Assembly: GCA_964560225.1 (NCBI GenBank)
Contig: CAZLLD010000001.1
Coordinates: forward strand, 65,565-129,564
Reading direction: 5' to 3'
Length of the DNA stretch: 64,000 nt
DNA from: an uncultured Bacteroidales bacterium
GTDB lineage: Bacteria > Bacteroidota > Bacteroidia > Bacteroidales > UBA10428
Under the pieces are notes generated by a model. That model saw only the letters and a program-made list of their open reading frames with translations. It was not told where the DNA came from and did not search any database. The translations under genes were made by a program, and so were the position numbers. Positions 19,456 through 28,618 of the stretch are shown here, piece after piece; positions within the stretch are counted from its first letter, which is position 1, and each line of letters opens with the position of its first letter.

Positions 19456-22218
19456 TTAATGGGCTTCGAGCCAGTTATTTCCGGTACCTATATCAACCAC
19501 AAGCGGTACTTCCAGTTTCATGACCTGTTCCATTTCATAGCGGACCAATTTTTCAATACTTTCAAGTTCATCCTTGCATACATCAAAAATCAGTTCATCA
19601 TGTACCTGAAGAATCAGGGTGGTTTTAAACCTGCTCCTCAGCTGACGCTGGATGTTAACCATGGCGAGCTTAATGATATCAGCCGCTGAGCCCTGAATCG
19701 GTGCGTTGATTGCATTGCGCTCTGCAACTCCGCGGACAATTGCATTTGATGAATTGATATCAGGCAGGTATCTTCTTCGGCCCATGATGGTTTCAACATA
19801 CCCCATTTCTCTTGCCAGCAATACGGCATTGTCCATATATTCCTTGATCTGTGGAAAAGACTCAAAATAACCCTGGATGAGAGATGAAGCATCACTTCGG
19901 GAGATGTTCAGGCGCTGTGAAAGTCCAAATGAAGAAATCCCATAGATGATTCCAAAATTGGCTGTTTTTGCACTGCTTCTCATGGATGGCGTTACCTCTT
20001 TTTCAGAAACCTTGAATACTTTGGCTGCAGTGGAAACGTGAATGTCTTCATTGTTCCTGAATGCAGCAATCATGTTGGCATCTCTGCTCAGGTGGGCCAT
20101 TAGCCGCAGTTCGATCTGCGAATAATCTGCTGATAACAATACATTGCGGTCATCCGAGGGAACAAAGGCCCTGCGTATTTCCTTGCCCCGTTCATCACGT
20201 ATGGGTATATTCTGCAGGTTTGGATTGCGCGAACTGAGCCTTCCTGTGCTTACCCATGCCTGATCAAATGAAGAATGGATCTTCCTCGTTTGCGGATCAA
20301 TCATTACGGGCAGTGCATCTACATACGTGTTTAACAATTTCTGAAGACCCCTGTATTCTAAAATCTGATTCACAACCGGGTGTTTGTCAACAAGTTTCTG
20401 CAATACTTCTTCACTTGTGGAAAATTGCCTTGTCTTTGTTTTTTGTGTTCCATCAGCAATTTTCATTTTCTCAAACAGGATTTCTCCCAGTTGCTTCGGT
20501 GAATTGATATTGAATTGAGTCCCAGCAGCATCATAAATTGCAGATTCTATTACCGATAGTTCCTTTTGAAGAATAGCGGAATATTCCTTCAGGCTGCTTT
20601 GGTTGATCCGGAATCCGGAACGCTCCATTTCCGCAAGCACACGAACAAGCGGCATTTCCACTTCCGTTGCAAGTTTCCTCAAACCCCTGTTTTGCAGTTC
20701 ATCTTTGAGAATCAGATACAACTGCCAGGTAATATCGGCATCTTCACCGGCATATTCCCTGATCACATCCAGGTCAACATCACGCATGCTTTTCTGAGTG
20801 CTCATGCCCTTTTTCCCGATCAGGTCCTCAATGGGTACCATGCGGTATTTCAGGTATATTTCAGCCAGATAATCCAGGTTATGCTTCAGATCGGGTTGTA
20901 TGAGATAATGGGCGATCATGGTATCAAACAATTCCCCTTCCACCTTGATGTCGTAATTCATCAGAACCTGGATATCAAACTTGAGGTTTTGACCTACTTT
21001 AAGGATTGCCGGATTTCCAAAAAGAGCACGGAAGCGGTTTATGATTTGGCCTGCATGAACCTGATCGCGTGGTACCGGAACATAGTAAGCCTCACGAGGT
21101 GAAAAAGAAAATGACATGCCAACCAATTCAGATGACCAGGTAATCAGTCCGGTTGTTTCTGTATCGAAACAAAACCCGGGTTGTTGTTCCAACAGATGCA
21201 ACAATTTTTCCAGCTGTTCATCATCTGCAACCAGATGGTAGTTATGGGGAACACTGCTTACTGAACCAAGATTTGACGTGTTCTCTTGTTCAGACGCCGG
21301 CAATTCAGCAAACAGACTTCCCTGAACCGGATTTGGGGCAGTTGCTTTGAGCATTCTGGCAAGAAGAGTCCTAAACTCAAGCTCGGTAAAAATCTCTTTT
21401 AATTTCGATTCATTGCTTTTTAAAACCTTCAAATCATCAAAATTCACATCAATGGGAACATCTGTAACAATTTTCGCCAACCGGTAAGAAAGCTTAATTT
21501 GTTCCTGATTGGTAATCAGAGTTTCCCTTTGCTTTGGCTTCAGATCAGCAACATGACTGAACAGATTTTCCAGTGTTTTATACCTGCTTATCAGTTCCTT
21601 GGCTGTTTTTTCTCCGATACCGGGAGCCCCTGGGATGTTATCGGAAGAATCTCCCCAGAGTGCCAGCACATCAGTTACGCTGGAAGTACTATCAACACCG
21701 AAGAAGTTCATGGCTTTTGCCGTGTCAACCATTTCATATTCACCTGCTGATTTCGCAGGCTTTAACATGAAAGTATGCTCATTGACCAGTTGCATGTAAT
21801 CCTTATCCGGAGTGACCATAATGATCGTAAATCCGGTCTTTTCGGCTTTCCGTGCCAGAGTCCCTATTACATCATCTGCCTCATAAAGGCTCACCTCAAT
21901 AACAGGAATATTGAATGCTTCAATCAGGGATTTGATCCAAGGAACCGATTTTCTTATTTCTTCCGGTGTTGCAAGCCGGTTTGCCTTATACTGGCTATAC
22001 AATTCGTGTCTGAAGGTGGGAGAAGGCGGGTCAAAGACCACTGCGGCATAATCCGGATTCTCACGTTTTAAAATGTCCATAAGGGTTGTGGCAAAACCAT
22101 ATATGGCTGAGGTATTCACACCTTTTGAATTGATCATGGGTCGGTTGATAAACGCATAAAATGCCCTGTAAATGAGCGCATATGCATCAAACAGAAAGAG
22201 ACGGGGTTGTTTCTCCAT
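19456..22218 (-). CDS. polA: DNA polymerase I
   Basis: 920 aa. It has a 5'-nuclease N-terminus (LFLFDAYALIYRAFYA), a 3'-5' exonuclease ExoI motif (FCFDTETTGL), and polymerase motifs A (LLSADYSQIELRLMAH), B (RSSAKTANFGIIYG) and C (LQVHDELIF). Confidence 0.95.
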   Translation of the reverse strand: MEKQPRLFLFDAYALIYRAFYAFINRPMINSKGVNTSAIYGFATTLMDILKRENPDYAAVVFDPPSPTFRHELYSQYKANRLATPEEIRKSVPWIKSLIEAFNIPVIEVSLYEADDVIGTLARKAEKTGFTIIMVTPDKDYMQLVNEHTFMLKPAKSAGEYEMVDTAKAMNFFGVDSTSSVTDVLALWGDSSDNIPGAPGIGEKTAKELISRYKTLENLFSHVADLKPKQRETLITNQEQIKLSYRLAKIVTDVPIDVNFDDLKVLKSNESKLKEIFTELEFRTLLARMLKATAPNPVQGSLFAELPASEQENTSNLGSVSSVPHNYHLVADDEQLEKLLHLLEQQPGFCFDTETTGLITWSSELVGMSFSFSPREAYYVPVPRDQVHAGQIINRFRALFGNPAILKVGQNLKFDIQVLMNYDIKVEGELFDTMIAHYLIQPDLKHNLDYLAEIYLKYRMVPIEDLIGKKGMSTQKSMRDVDLDVIREYAGEDADITWQLYLILKDELQNRGLRKLATEVEMPLVRVLAEMERSGFRINQSSLKEYSAILQKELSVIESAIYDAAGTQFNINSPKQLGEILFEKMKIADGTQKTKTRQFSTSEEVLQKLVDKHPVVNQILEYRGLQKLLNTYVDALPVMIDPQTRKIHSSFDQAWVSTGRLSSRNPNLQNIPIRDERGKEIRRAFVPSDDRNVLLSADYSQIELRLMAHLSRDANMIAAFRNNEDIHVSTAAKVFKVSEKEVTPSMRSSAKTANFGIIYGISSFGLSQRLNISRSDASSLIQGYFESFPQIKEYMDNAVLLAREMGYVETIMGRRRYLPDINSSNAIVRGVAERNAINAPIQGSAADIIKLAMVNIQRQLRSRFKTTLILQVHDELIFDVCKDELESIEKLVRYEMEQVMKLEVPLVVDIGTGNNWLEAH

Positions 22219-22227
22219 ATAAGAAAG

Positions 22228-22258
22228 ATAAAAAAATCCGGAAGTTCATTCCGGATTT
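22228..22258 (-). terminator. Rho-independent terminator after the ArsR-family gene, upstream of polA
   Basis: AAATCCGGAA (22234-22243) pairs with TTCCGGATTT (22249-22258) across the loop GTTCA. On the minus strand the hairpin is followed by a T7 run (plus-strand A-run 22230-22236). Confidence 0.65.
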
Positions 22259-22281
22259 AAAGTTATTCAATATTGTGCATA

Positions 22282-22578
22282 TCAGCAGGTACATTTGCGA
22301 ACGCATTCAATAATACTGCTTAAATGTTCATTTTTAATATAATAGTACGTGTTCTTGCCTTCTCTTTTTGAGCCCAAAATTCCTTTATCCTTTAAAATCC
22401 CGAGGTGATGTGAGGTCGTTGACTGCTCGATATTCAGGTGTTCGTGAATTTCAGTGACATTCAATTGCTTACCGTTATCCAAATACTTGAGTATGGCAAT
22501 CCTCATGGGATGTGCAATTGCTTTCAGGAGGTTGGCTGCTTTTTCAAGCTGCTCTGCGGTAAGACCTTCAAATTTCAT
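22282..22578 (-). CDS. ArsR/SmtB family transcriptional regulator
   Basis: 98 aa. LLKAIAHPMRIAILKYL...LNVTEIHEHLNIEQSTTSHHLGILKDKGIL is a winged HTH of ArsR type. The tail is Cys-rich (ECVRKCTC). Confidence 0.85.
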   Translation of the reverse strand: MKFEGLTAEQLEKAANLLKAIAHPMRIAILKYLDNGKQLNVTEIHEHLNIEQSTTSHHLGILKDKGILGSKREGKNTYYYIKNEHLSSIIECVRKCTC

Positions 22579-22816
22579 GGTCTTTTATTTGTTTATTTTT
22601 TGAAAAAAGTAAAGTTAACAGAAATACTTTCAACTGTTCAACCGATCAATGAATAATAGTGACATATTGTTACACAAATATATATCAATATCTCCTAAAA
22701 ATCTGATTTCATGAAAAATAATATTCAGTCTGTTCTGAATCATCGGACGTGAGTTACCTTCAGCATAGAGGAACCGCACAGTTACCGACGACTAATATTA
22801 ACAACAAGATAATTGC

Positions 22817-22824
22817 TAACTTTG
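22817..22824 (+). promoter_or_regulatory. Candidate -7 promoter box (TAACTTTG)
   Basis: Matches TAnnTTTG and lies 20 nt upstream of the ATG at 22844, in a 265-nt divergent gap. Confidence 0.3.
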
Positions 22825-22843
22825 AATTTTCAAATGACATGAA

Positions 22844-23821
22844 ATGGCAGATTTAGAAACAGTAAAGCAACACATTGCGGATGAGCTCAAATTCTTCAAT
22901 GGCTACTTTCATGATGAAATGAAAACCCAGGTACCGCTTCTCAACCTGATCATGAAATATCTCTTACGTCGCAAAGGAAAGCAAATGCGCCCCACCCTTG
23001 TGTTTCTTTCAGCCAAGCTGTTTGGTAAGCCCAACGAATCTACTTACACTGCCGCTGCCCTCATTGAAATTTTACATACCGCTACACTGATCCATGATGA
23101 TGTTGTGGATGAGTCAAACGAAAGGCGTGGATTCTTTTCAATAAACGCCATATGGAAGTCAAAAGTAGCAGTACTTCTGGGTGATTTTCTATTGGCCAAG
23201 GGCTTGCTGCTGGCTATACGTAATAAGGAATATGAAATACTTGATCTGGTAAGTGATGCGGTTAAAGAAATGAGTGAAGGTGAACTGATGCAGATACAAA
23301 AATCACGGAAACTCAATATATCCGAATCAGCGTACTTTGAAATTATCCGAAAAAAAACCGCCACCTTGATTTCAAGTTGTAGTGCATGCGGAGCCAAATC
23401 AATGAAAATGCCGGATGATGTTGTTTTGAAAATGCGCAATTTCGGAGAATTACTGGGGATAGCCTTTCAGATTAAAGATGATTTACTTGATTATCAGGTT
23501 AATAGCCTTACAGGAAAACCTGTTGGAAACGACATCCAGGAAAAGAAACTGACCCTGCCACTAATTCATGCACTGGAAAAGGCAGATTCTTCGGAAAAGA
23601 AAAGAATTCTTCGGTTAATGAATAACCATAAGGACAGGAGTTTGCAAAAGATTCATCTTTTGAGGGATTTCATTGTCAACAACGAAGGTATTTCCTATGC
23701 CGAGTTAAAAATGAAAGAATATGCTTCCCGGGCCCTGAATGAACTCAATGAATTTCCCAATACACAGATTTGCGAAGCATTTAAAGAATTTGTTCATTAT
23801 ACCATCGAGCGAAACAAGTAG
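22844..23821 (+). CDS. Polyprenyl diphosphate synthase (IspB/octaprenyl-type paralogue)
   Basis: 325 aa. Motifs are KQMRPTLVFL, the first Asp-rich motif LIHDDVVDES, and the second Asp-rich motif FQIKDDLLD. Confidence 0.85.
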   Translation: MADLETVKQHIADELKFFNGYFHDEMKTQVPLLNLIMKYLLRRKGKQMRPTLVFLSAKLFGKPNESTYTAAALIEILHTATLIHDDVVDESNERRGFFSINAIWKSKVAVLLGDFLLAKGLLLAIRNKEYEILDLVSDAVKEMSEGELMQIQKSRKLNISESAYFEIIRKKTATLISSCSACGAKSMKMPDDVVLKMRNFGELLGIAFQIKDDLLDYQVNSLTGKPVGNDIQEKKLTLPLIHALEKADSSEKKRILRLMNNHKDRSLQKIHLLRDFIVNNEGISYAELKMKEYASRALNELNEFPNTQICEAFKEFVHYTIERNK

Positions 23822-23828
23822 CCTTTTA

Positions 23829-25628
23829 CTATTTTTTTTGCAGCGAATCAAGTATCATTCTGGTCGCGCGCACCCCCACTATGATTCTGATTTCGTCCTC
23901 CTCCATGTGCTTCAGCCGGTTCATATCCACTCCGGCTTGCTGCAATTTCCGAAGCGTGGCTTCGCCTATTCCTTTTATTTCGCTTAGTTTTGAATGGAGC
24001 TGAGATTTGCTGCGCTTTTTTCTGTGGAAGGAAACTCCGAAACGATGTGCCTCATCTCTGATTCGTTGCACAAGACGTAAACTTTCAGATGTCTTGTTCA
24101 GATAAAGGGGAACAGGATCTTCCGGTATATAGATTTCTTCAAGTCGCTTGGCAATACTGATGATGGCCACCTGGTCATAAACTCCGACTGATTTCAGGCT
24201 CTTTACTGCTGCATGTAGTTGTCCTTTTCCTCCATCAATAATAATCAAGTCAGGCAGGGGTAGATTTTCATCGAGCACTCGCTGGTACCTTCTGCTGACT
24301 ATTTCTTCCATAGATGCAAAGTCATTCGGTCCAATGACCGATTTTATATTATAATGCCTGTATGACCTTTTTTCAGGTTTGCCGTTTTTAAATACCACAC
24401 ATGAAGCAACGGGATCTGTTCCTTGTATGTTGGAATTGTCAAAACATTCGATATGGAAAGGCAATTTTTTCATCCTCAGATCTTCTTTCAATTTAGCAAG
24501 TACCTTGTCTTCCTTTTCAGCCCATCTGTCTTTTGATCGCAAGGCCTTTCTATCATTTTTATAGGAATTCGCATTTCTGAAAGAGAGGTCCAAAACCCGC
24601 TTTTTATCACCTTTAACCGGAACGGTGTATTTAACTTCTTTCATTAGGATATCTGGAATAAACGGAACAACGATTTCTTTTGCAGTGCTTTTGAACCGCT
24701 TGCGTAAATCAAAAACAACTGTACCCAATACTTCGCTCTGATCCTCAGAAAAGCGTTTGATAACTTCGGTATTGTGCGCCTGAACAATGGCTCCGTTTAC
24801 AATTTTCAAAAAGTTAATATAGGAGTAATCCTCTTCATCAACCATGCTGAAAACGTCCAGGTCTTGAATTTTAGGGTTAACAATGGTCGATTTTCCCTGA
24901 AATTTCTCCAGAATCTCTATTTTGTTCTTGACTATTTCTGCCTGCTCAAATAGAAGTTGGGCGGCATATTGAGTCATTTTTTCCTTCAAATGCCTGATTA
25001 CAGTATGCATCTGCCCTTTTAATATGTCATGGATTTGCTGTATGGATTGTTCATATTCATCTTCACTTTGAAGCCCCTCACAAGGGGCCAGGCAATTTCC
25101 CATATCAAATTCGAGACATCTCTTGAATTTGTGCTTTTCAATATTGGCCAACGAAAGCAGAAAATTGCACTTTCTCAGTTTAAAAAGTTGACTGATCAGC
25201 TCCAATAGTGTTTTTACCATCAGGCCTGAAGTATACGGACCGTAATATACCGATCCGTCTTCGTTATAATTCCTCGTCATGTAAACCCGGGGAAAAGGCT
25301 CCTTTCTGACCACAATCCAGGGATAGGTTTTATCATCTTTGAGCAGGATATTATACCTGGGTTGGTATTCCTTGATCAGGTTATTCTCCAGCAATAAGGC
25401 ATCCGACTCATTTTCCACCAGTATGTAACGGATGTCATATATCTTTCGTAACAAAGCCCTTAGTTTATAATTTCCTGTATCGGTGGAGGAAAAATAAGAA
25501 GATACCCTGTTTTTAAGGTTTTTCGCCTTACCAATGTAGATGATCTCGCCAGCATTATTGAAAAATTGATATACCCCCGGCTTTTTAGGCAGCTTATTTA
25601 CAATATTTGCCAAATAGTCCGATTCCAT
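23829..25628 (-). CDS. uvrC: Excinuclease ABC subunit C
   Basis: 599 aa. GIY-YIG N-terminus PGVYQFFNNAGEIIYIGKAKNLKNRV, a UvrBC domain, an endonuclease V-like domain (IECFDNSNIQG), and a C-terminal (HhH)2 (IKGIGEATLRKL). Confidence 0.95.
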   Translation of the reverse strand: MESDYLANIVNKLPKKPGVYQFFNNAGEIIYIGKAKNLKNRVSSYFSSTDTGNYKLRALLRKIYDIRYILVENESDALLLENNLIKEYQPRYNILLKDDKTYPWIVVRKEPFPRVYMTRNYNEDGSVYYGPYTSGLMVKTLLELISQLFKLRKCNFLLSLANIEKHKFKRCLEFDMGNCLAPCEGLQSEDEYEQSIQQIHDILKGQMHTVIRHLKEKMTQYAAQLLFEQAEIVKNKIEILEKFQGKSTIVNPKIQDLDVFSMVDEEDYSYINFLKIVNGAIVQAHNTEVIKRFSEDQSEVLGTVVFDLRKRFKSTAKEIVVPFIPDILMKEVKYTVPVKGDKKRVLDLSFRNANSYKNDRKALRSKDRWAEKEDKVLAKLKEDLRMKKLPFHIECFDNSNIQGTDPVASCVVFKNGKPEKRSYRHYNIKSVIGPNDFASMEEIVSRRYQRVLDENLPLPDLIIIDGGKGQLHAAVKSLKSVGVYDQVAIISIAKRLEEIYIPEDPVPLYLNKTSESLRLVQRIRDEAHRFGVSFHRKKRSKSQLHSKLSEIKGIGEATLRKLQQAGVDMNRLKHMEEDEIRIIVGVRATRMILDSLQKK

Positions 25629-25771
25629 CGTGTGCTTTATATTAAAAAGGATTGATTCCCCATTTCATTCTGTTGATAAAAGCAGAAACAGACAAGTCCT
25701 GATGCCTATGTATCAAAGGTATTGTTAACATGAAGTGGATAACTCAATGATAATGAAGAAAATTTTGGCCA

Positions 25772-25789
25772 TTGTTCCACGTGGAACAA
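25772..25789. repeat. Perfect 18-bp palindrome TTGTTCCACGTGGAACAA
   Basis: Read directly: TTGTTCCAC is the reverse complement of GTGGAACAA, with no spacer. It lies 23 nt downstream of the mnmG stop and about 144 nt upstream of the uvrC start. Function is unknown. Confidence 0.9.
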
Positions 25790-25812
25790 ATAAGAAACTA
25801 CATAATCAATTG

Positions 25813-27681
25813 CTATCTACCCATATAAAGTAACAACACATTGATATCACTGGGTGAAATACCAGATATTCTCGTTGCCTCTCCCAAGGTTTTGGGTTGA
25901 TACTTCTTTAGTTTGAATCGTCCTTCAGTTGAAATTGACAGTAAGCTATCAAAGTCAATTCCCTGATCGATACGAATGCCATCCAACCTTCCCATTTTTT
26001 CAGCCAGTAGTCGCTCTCTTTCGATATAACCGTTGTATTTAAATTCTATTTCCACAGCTTCGAGCAAATCGTTATCGTAGTCAACAAATAATGAAGGCTG
26101 TTGTTTAAACAGCAAACTGATTAAATCAAAAATAGATATTTGAGGGCGTAATAAAAGCTCACCGTACTTTACCTTTTGCCTAATTGCATTGGTTCCTTTA
26201 TGGCATAAGAGCATATTGGCATCTTCAGGAGAAATACTCAATTCCTTCAATTGTTTGATCAATTGATCTCTCTTCTTAATACGTTCCAGGAATTTCCGCT
26301 CTCTTTCTTTCGATGCAATACCCAACTCAATCGCTTTTGGGCTAAGCCTGAAATCAGCATTATCCTGCCTTAATAAAATTCGGTATTCAGCTCTTGAAGT
26401 AAACATCCGATAAGGCTCATCAACACCTTTTGTGACCAGATCATCAATCAGCACACCAATATAGGCTTCATCACGGCGAAGAACAAAATCATCGGCACCA
26501 GAAATCTTCAATACGGCATTGATTCCGGCCATAAGACCTTGTGCTGCTGCCTCCTCATAACCAGTGGTTCCATTAACCTGCCCGGCCATATAAAGATTTT
26601 CGATAACCTTTGTTTCGAGGCTGTGTTTCAGTTGTGTGGGCGGATAATAATCGTATTCAATTGCATATCCTGGTCTGAATAACTGAACATGCTCGAGCCC
26701 TCTTATCTTTCTTAAAGCTTTATACTGTGTTTCCAGGGACAAAGACGAGGAAAACCCATTCAAATAATACTCAGCAGTATCCCAACCTTCGGGTTCCAGA
26801 AACAACTGATGCTTGTCGCGCTCACTAAAAGTAACCAGCTTTGTTTCAATACTCGGGCAATACCGGGGTCCAATACTTTGGATGGTGCCATTGTATAAGG
26901 GAGAATCGTTGAAGCCTTTTCTTAATTCATGATGAACTTCTTCATTTGTATAAGTAATAAAACAACTGAGTTGCTTTTCCGGAAGCCTGGTTTCGAGGTA
27001 AGAAAACCTGCGGATATCATTATCTCCATGCTGTTCTTCCATCATGTTGAAATTGATGCTTCTCGCATCCAAACGGGCCGGGGTACCAGTTTTCATTCTT
27101 CCACTCTGCAAACCCATCTGAATCAATTGTTCTGTGAGCCCTTCAGAAGAAGGTTCAGAAATTCTTCCTCCGTTCATTTTAACTTTTCCCACATGCATCA
27201 ATCCATTTCCAAAGGTGCCGGTTGTAAGAATAACTGCCTTGGATCGAAAATCAGCCCCCATTGTTGTACGTACTCCGCAGACAGAACCTTTCTTGATCTT
27301 CAATTCTGTGACCGTATCCTGCCAAATACGAATATTGTGATTTCGTTCAATCACTTTTCTCCATTCGCTGCTAAAAACCATACGGTCACATTGTGCCCTG
27401 GGACTCCAGACAGCAGGACCTTTGGAACGGTTGAGCATCCTGAACTGAATCATAGAAAGGTCTGTGATGATACCTGACATACCACCCAATGCATCAATCT
27501 CTTTTATAATCTGACCCTTGGCTATACCTCCCATAGCAGGATTGCAAGACATCTGAGCCATTTTGGTCATGTCCATTGTTATCAAAAGAACACTTGCGCC
27601 CATCTGCGCAGCCGCATGAGAAGCTTCACACCCCGCATGACCAGCCCCAACAACAATAATGTCATAAGTTGTATTCAGCAA
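25813..27681 (-). CDS. mnmG: tRNA uridine 5-carboxymethylaminomethyl modification enzyme MnmG
   Basis: FAD motif YDIIVVGAGHAGCEA plus family-typical sequence throughout. The track start (27765, ATG) would overlap ybeY by 68 nt and add about 28 non-conserved residues. The TTG at 27681 gives MLNTTYDIIVVG, the usual spacing. The start remains uncertain. Confidence 0.9.
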   Translation of the reverse strand: MLNTTYDIIVVGAGHAGCEASHAAAQMGASVLLITMDMTKMAQMSCNPAMGGIAKGQIIKEIDALGGMSGIITDLSMIQFRMLNRSKGPAVWSPRAQCDRMVFSSEWRKVIERNHNIRIWQDTVTELKIKKGSVCGVRTTMGADFRSKAVILTTGTFGNGLMHVGKVKMNGGRISEPSSEGLTEQLIQMGLQSGRMKTGTPARLDARSINFNMMEEQHGDNDIRRFSYLETRLPEKQLSCFITYTNEEVHHELRKGFNDSPLYNGTIQSIGPRYCPSIETKLVTFSERDKHQLFLEPEGWDTAEYYLNGFSSSLSLETQYKALRKIRGLEHVQLFRPGYAIEYDYYPPTQLKHSLETKVIENLYMAGQVNGTTGYEEAAAQGLMAGINAVLKISGADDFVLRRDEAYIGVLIDDLVTKGVDEPYRMFTSRAEYRILLRQDNADFRLSPKAIELGIASKERERKFLERIKKRDQLIKQLKELSISPEDANMLLCHKGTNAIRQKVKYGELLLRPQISIFDLISLLFKQQPSLFVDYDNDLLEAVEIEFKYNGYIERERLLAEKMGRLDGIRIDQGIDFDSLLSISTEGRFKLKKYQPKTLGEATRISGISPSDINVLLLYMGR

Positions 27682-27697
27682 GAAATTCGTTTTAATT

Positions 27698-28114
27698 TTA
27701 CTCGTCGCAAAGATACATATCTTCTTTGTTTCGGATGATCCTAATTTCTTCCTCGTTGGAATCATTATAACCGATCAAATGAAGTATTCCATGCAATATG
27801 ACTCTCATCATTTCCACTTCCACACCGATCCTGTACTTTTTTGCATTGATCTCAACCTGATCAACACTGATCAATAAATCTCCGGAAACTAAATTTTTAA
27901 TGCAATCACCAAACGTAATTACATCTGTAAAATAATTGTGATTCAAAAATTTTCGATTGATTTCAAGTATTCGCTGATTGTGCGTAAACGTGATATTGAT
28001 TTCTCCTAACTTCTTTCTCTCAATTTTTAACAGGTTTTTGATCTTTCTTCTTATAACAATTGCATTGACAATTGCACCTGGAAAAACCTCATCATAAAAA
28101 AAATTGATTTTCAA
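27698..28114 (-). CDS. ybeY: rRNA maturation RNase YbeY
   Basis: 138 aa. Metal-binding motif HGILHLIGYND, with Asp at the third ligand position where E. coli has His. Confidence 0.9.
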   Translation of the reverse strand: MKINFFYDEVFPGAIVNAIVIRRKIKNLLKIERKKLGEINITFTHNQRILEINRKFLNHNYFTDVITFGDCIKNLVSGDLLISVDQVEINAKKYRIGVEVEMMRVILHGILHLIGYNDSNEEEIRIIRNKEDMYLCDE

Positions 28115-28117
28115 ATG

Positions 28118-28519
28118 CTATTTGATATTAAACTCCAATTCAACTGTAGCACCATTCCTGGTAAAAACAATGTGATCAGATAGCTTTTCCATGAGAAATA
28201 TCCCCCTGCCATTAACGTTTTCGATATTTTCAGGTGCAGTGGGATCAGGAACATTCTTATAATCAAATCCATTCCCCTCATCATCTATTTTAATTCTAAG
28301 CTTACTTTCATCTATTTCTATTGCAATATCAACATTTTTACTTTCATCAAGCTTGTTTCCATGCAATATTGCATTGTTCGCTGCTTCCAAAGCGGCTATC
28401 AAAACATTACCATAAACATCCGCATTTATATTATATTCCGTGGACAACTCATCAATAAGCTTCTCCACTTTTCTTAAATTCTCAATTTTCGAGGATATCT
28501 TAAGGCTTCTTTTCATCAC
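28118..28519 (-). CDS. RsbW/SpoIIAB-like HATPase_c serine kinase (anti-sigma-factor-type ATP-binding protein)
   Basis: 133 aa. N-box AALEAANNAILHGN, G1 box DDGNGFD, and G2-like NGRGIFLM. No STAS protein or sigma factor is nearby. Confidence 0.7.
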   Translation of the reverse strand: MMKRSLKISSKIENLRKVEKLIDELSTEYNINADVYGNVLIAALEAANNAILHGNKLDESKNVDIAIEIDESKLRIKIDDEGNGFDYKNVPDPTAPENIENVNGRGIFLMEKLSDHIVFTRNGATVELEFNIK

Positions 28520-28618
28520 CAGGGTTATTTCGATTACTTTTTATATACTCAATAAATTGTCTTTTGTTACTATTTTGGTTAAGTTTTATGCTAAATTATT
28601 AAAAAAAAGTTTCTCAAT

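Noticed and set aside
27682-27765. Upstream ATG extension of mnmG overlapping ybeY by 68 nt
   Set aside because: The extension adds non-conserved residues before the FAD motif. The TTG at 27681 gives the usual N-terminal spacing. It is not fully excluded without experimental data.
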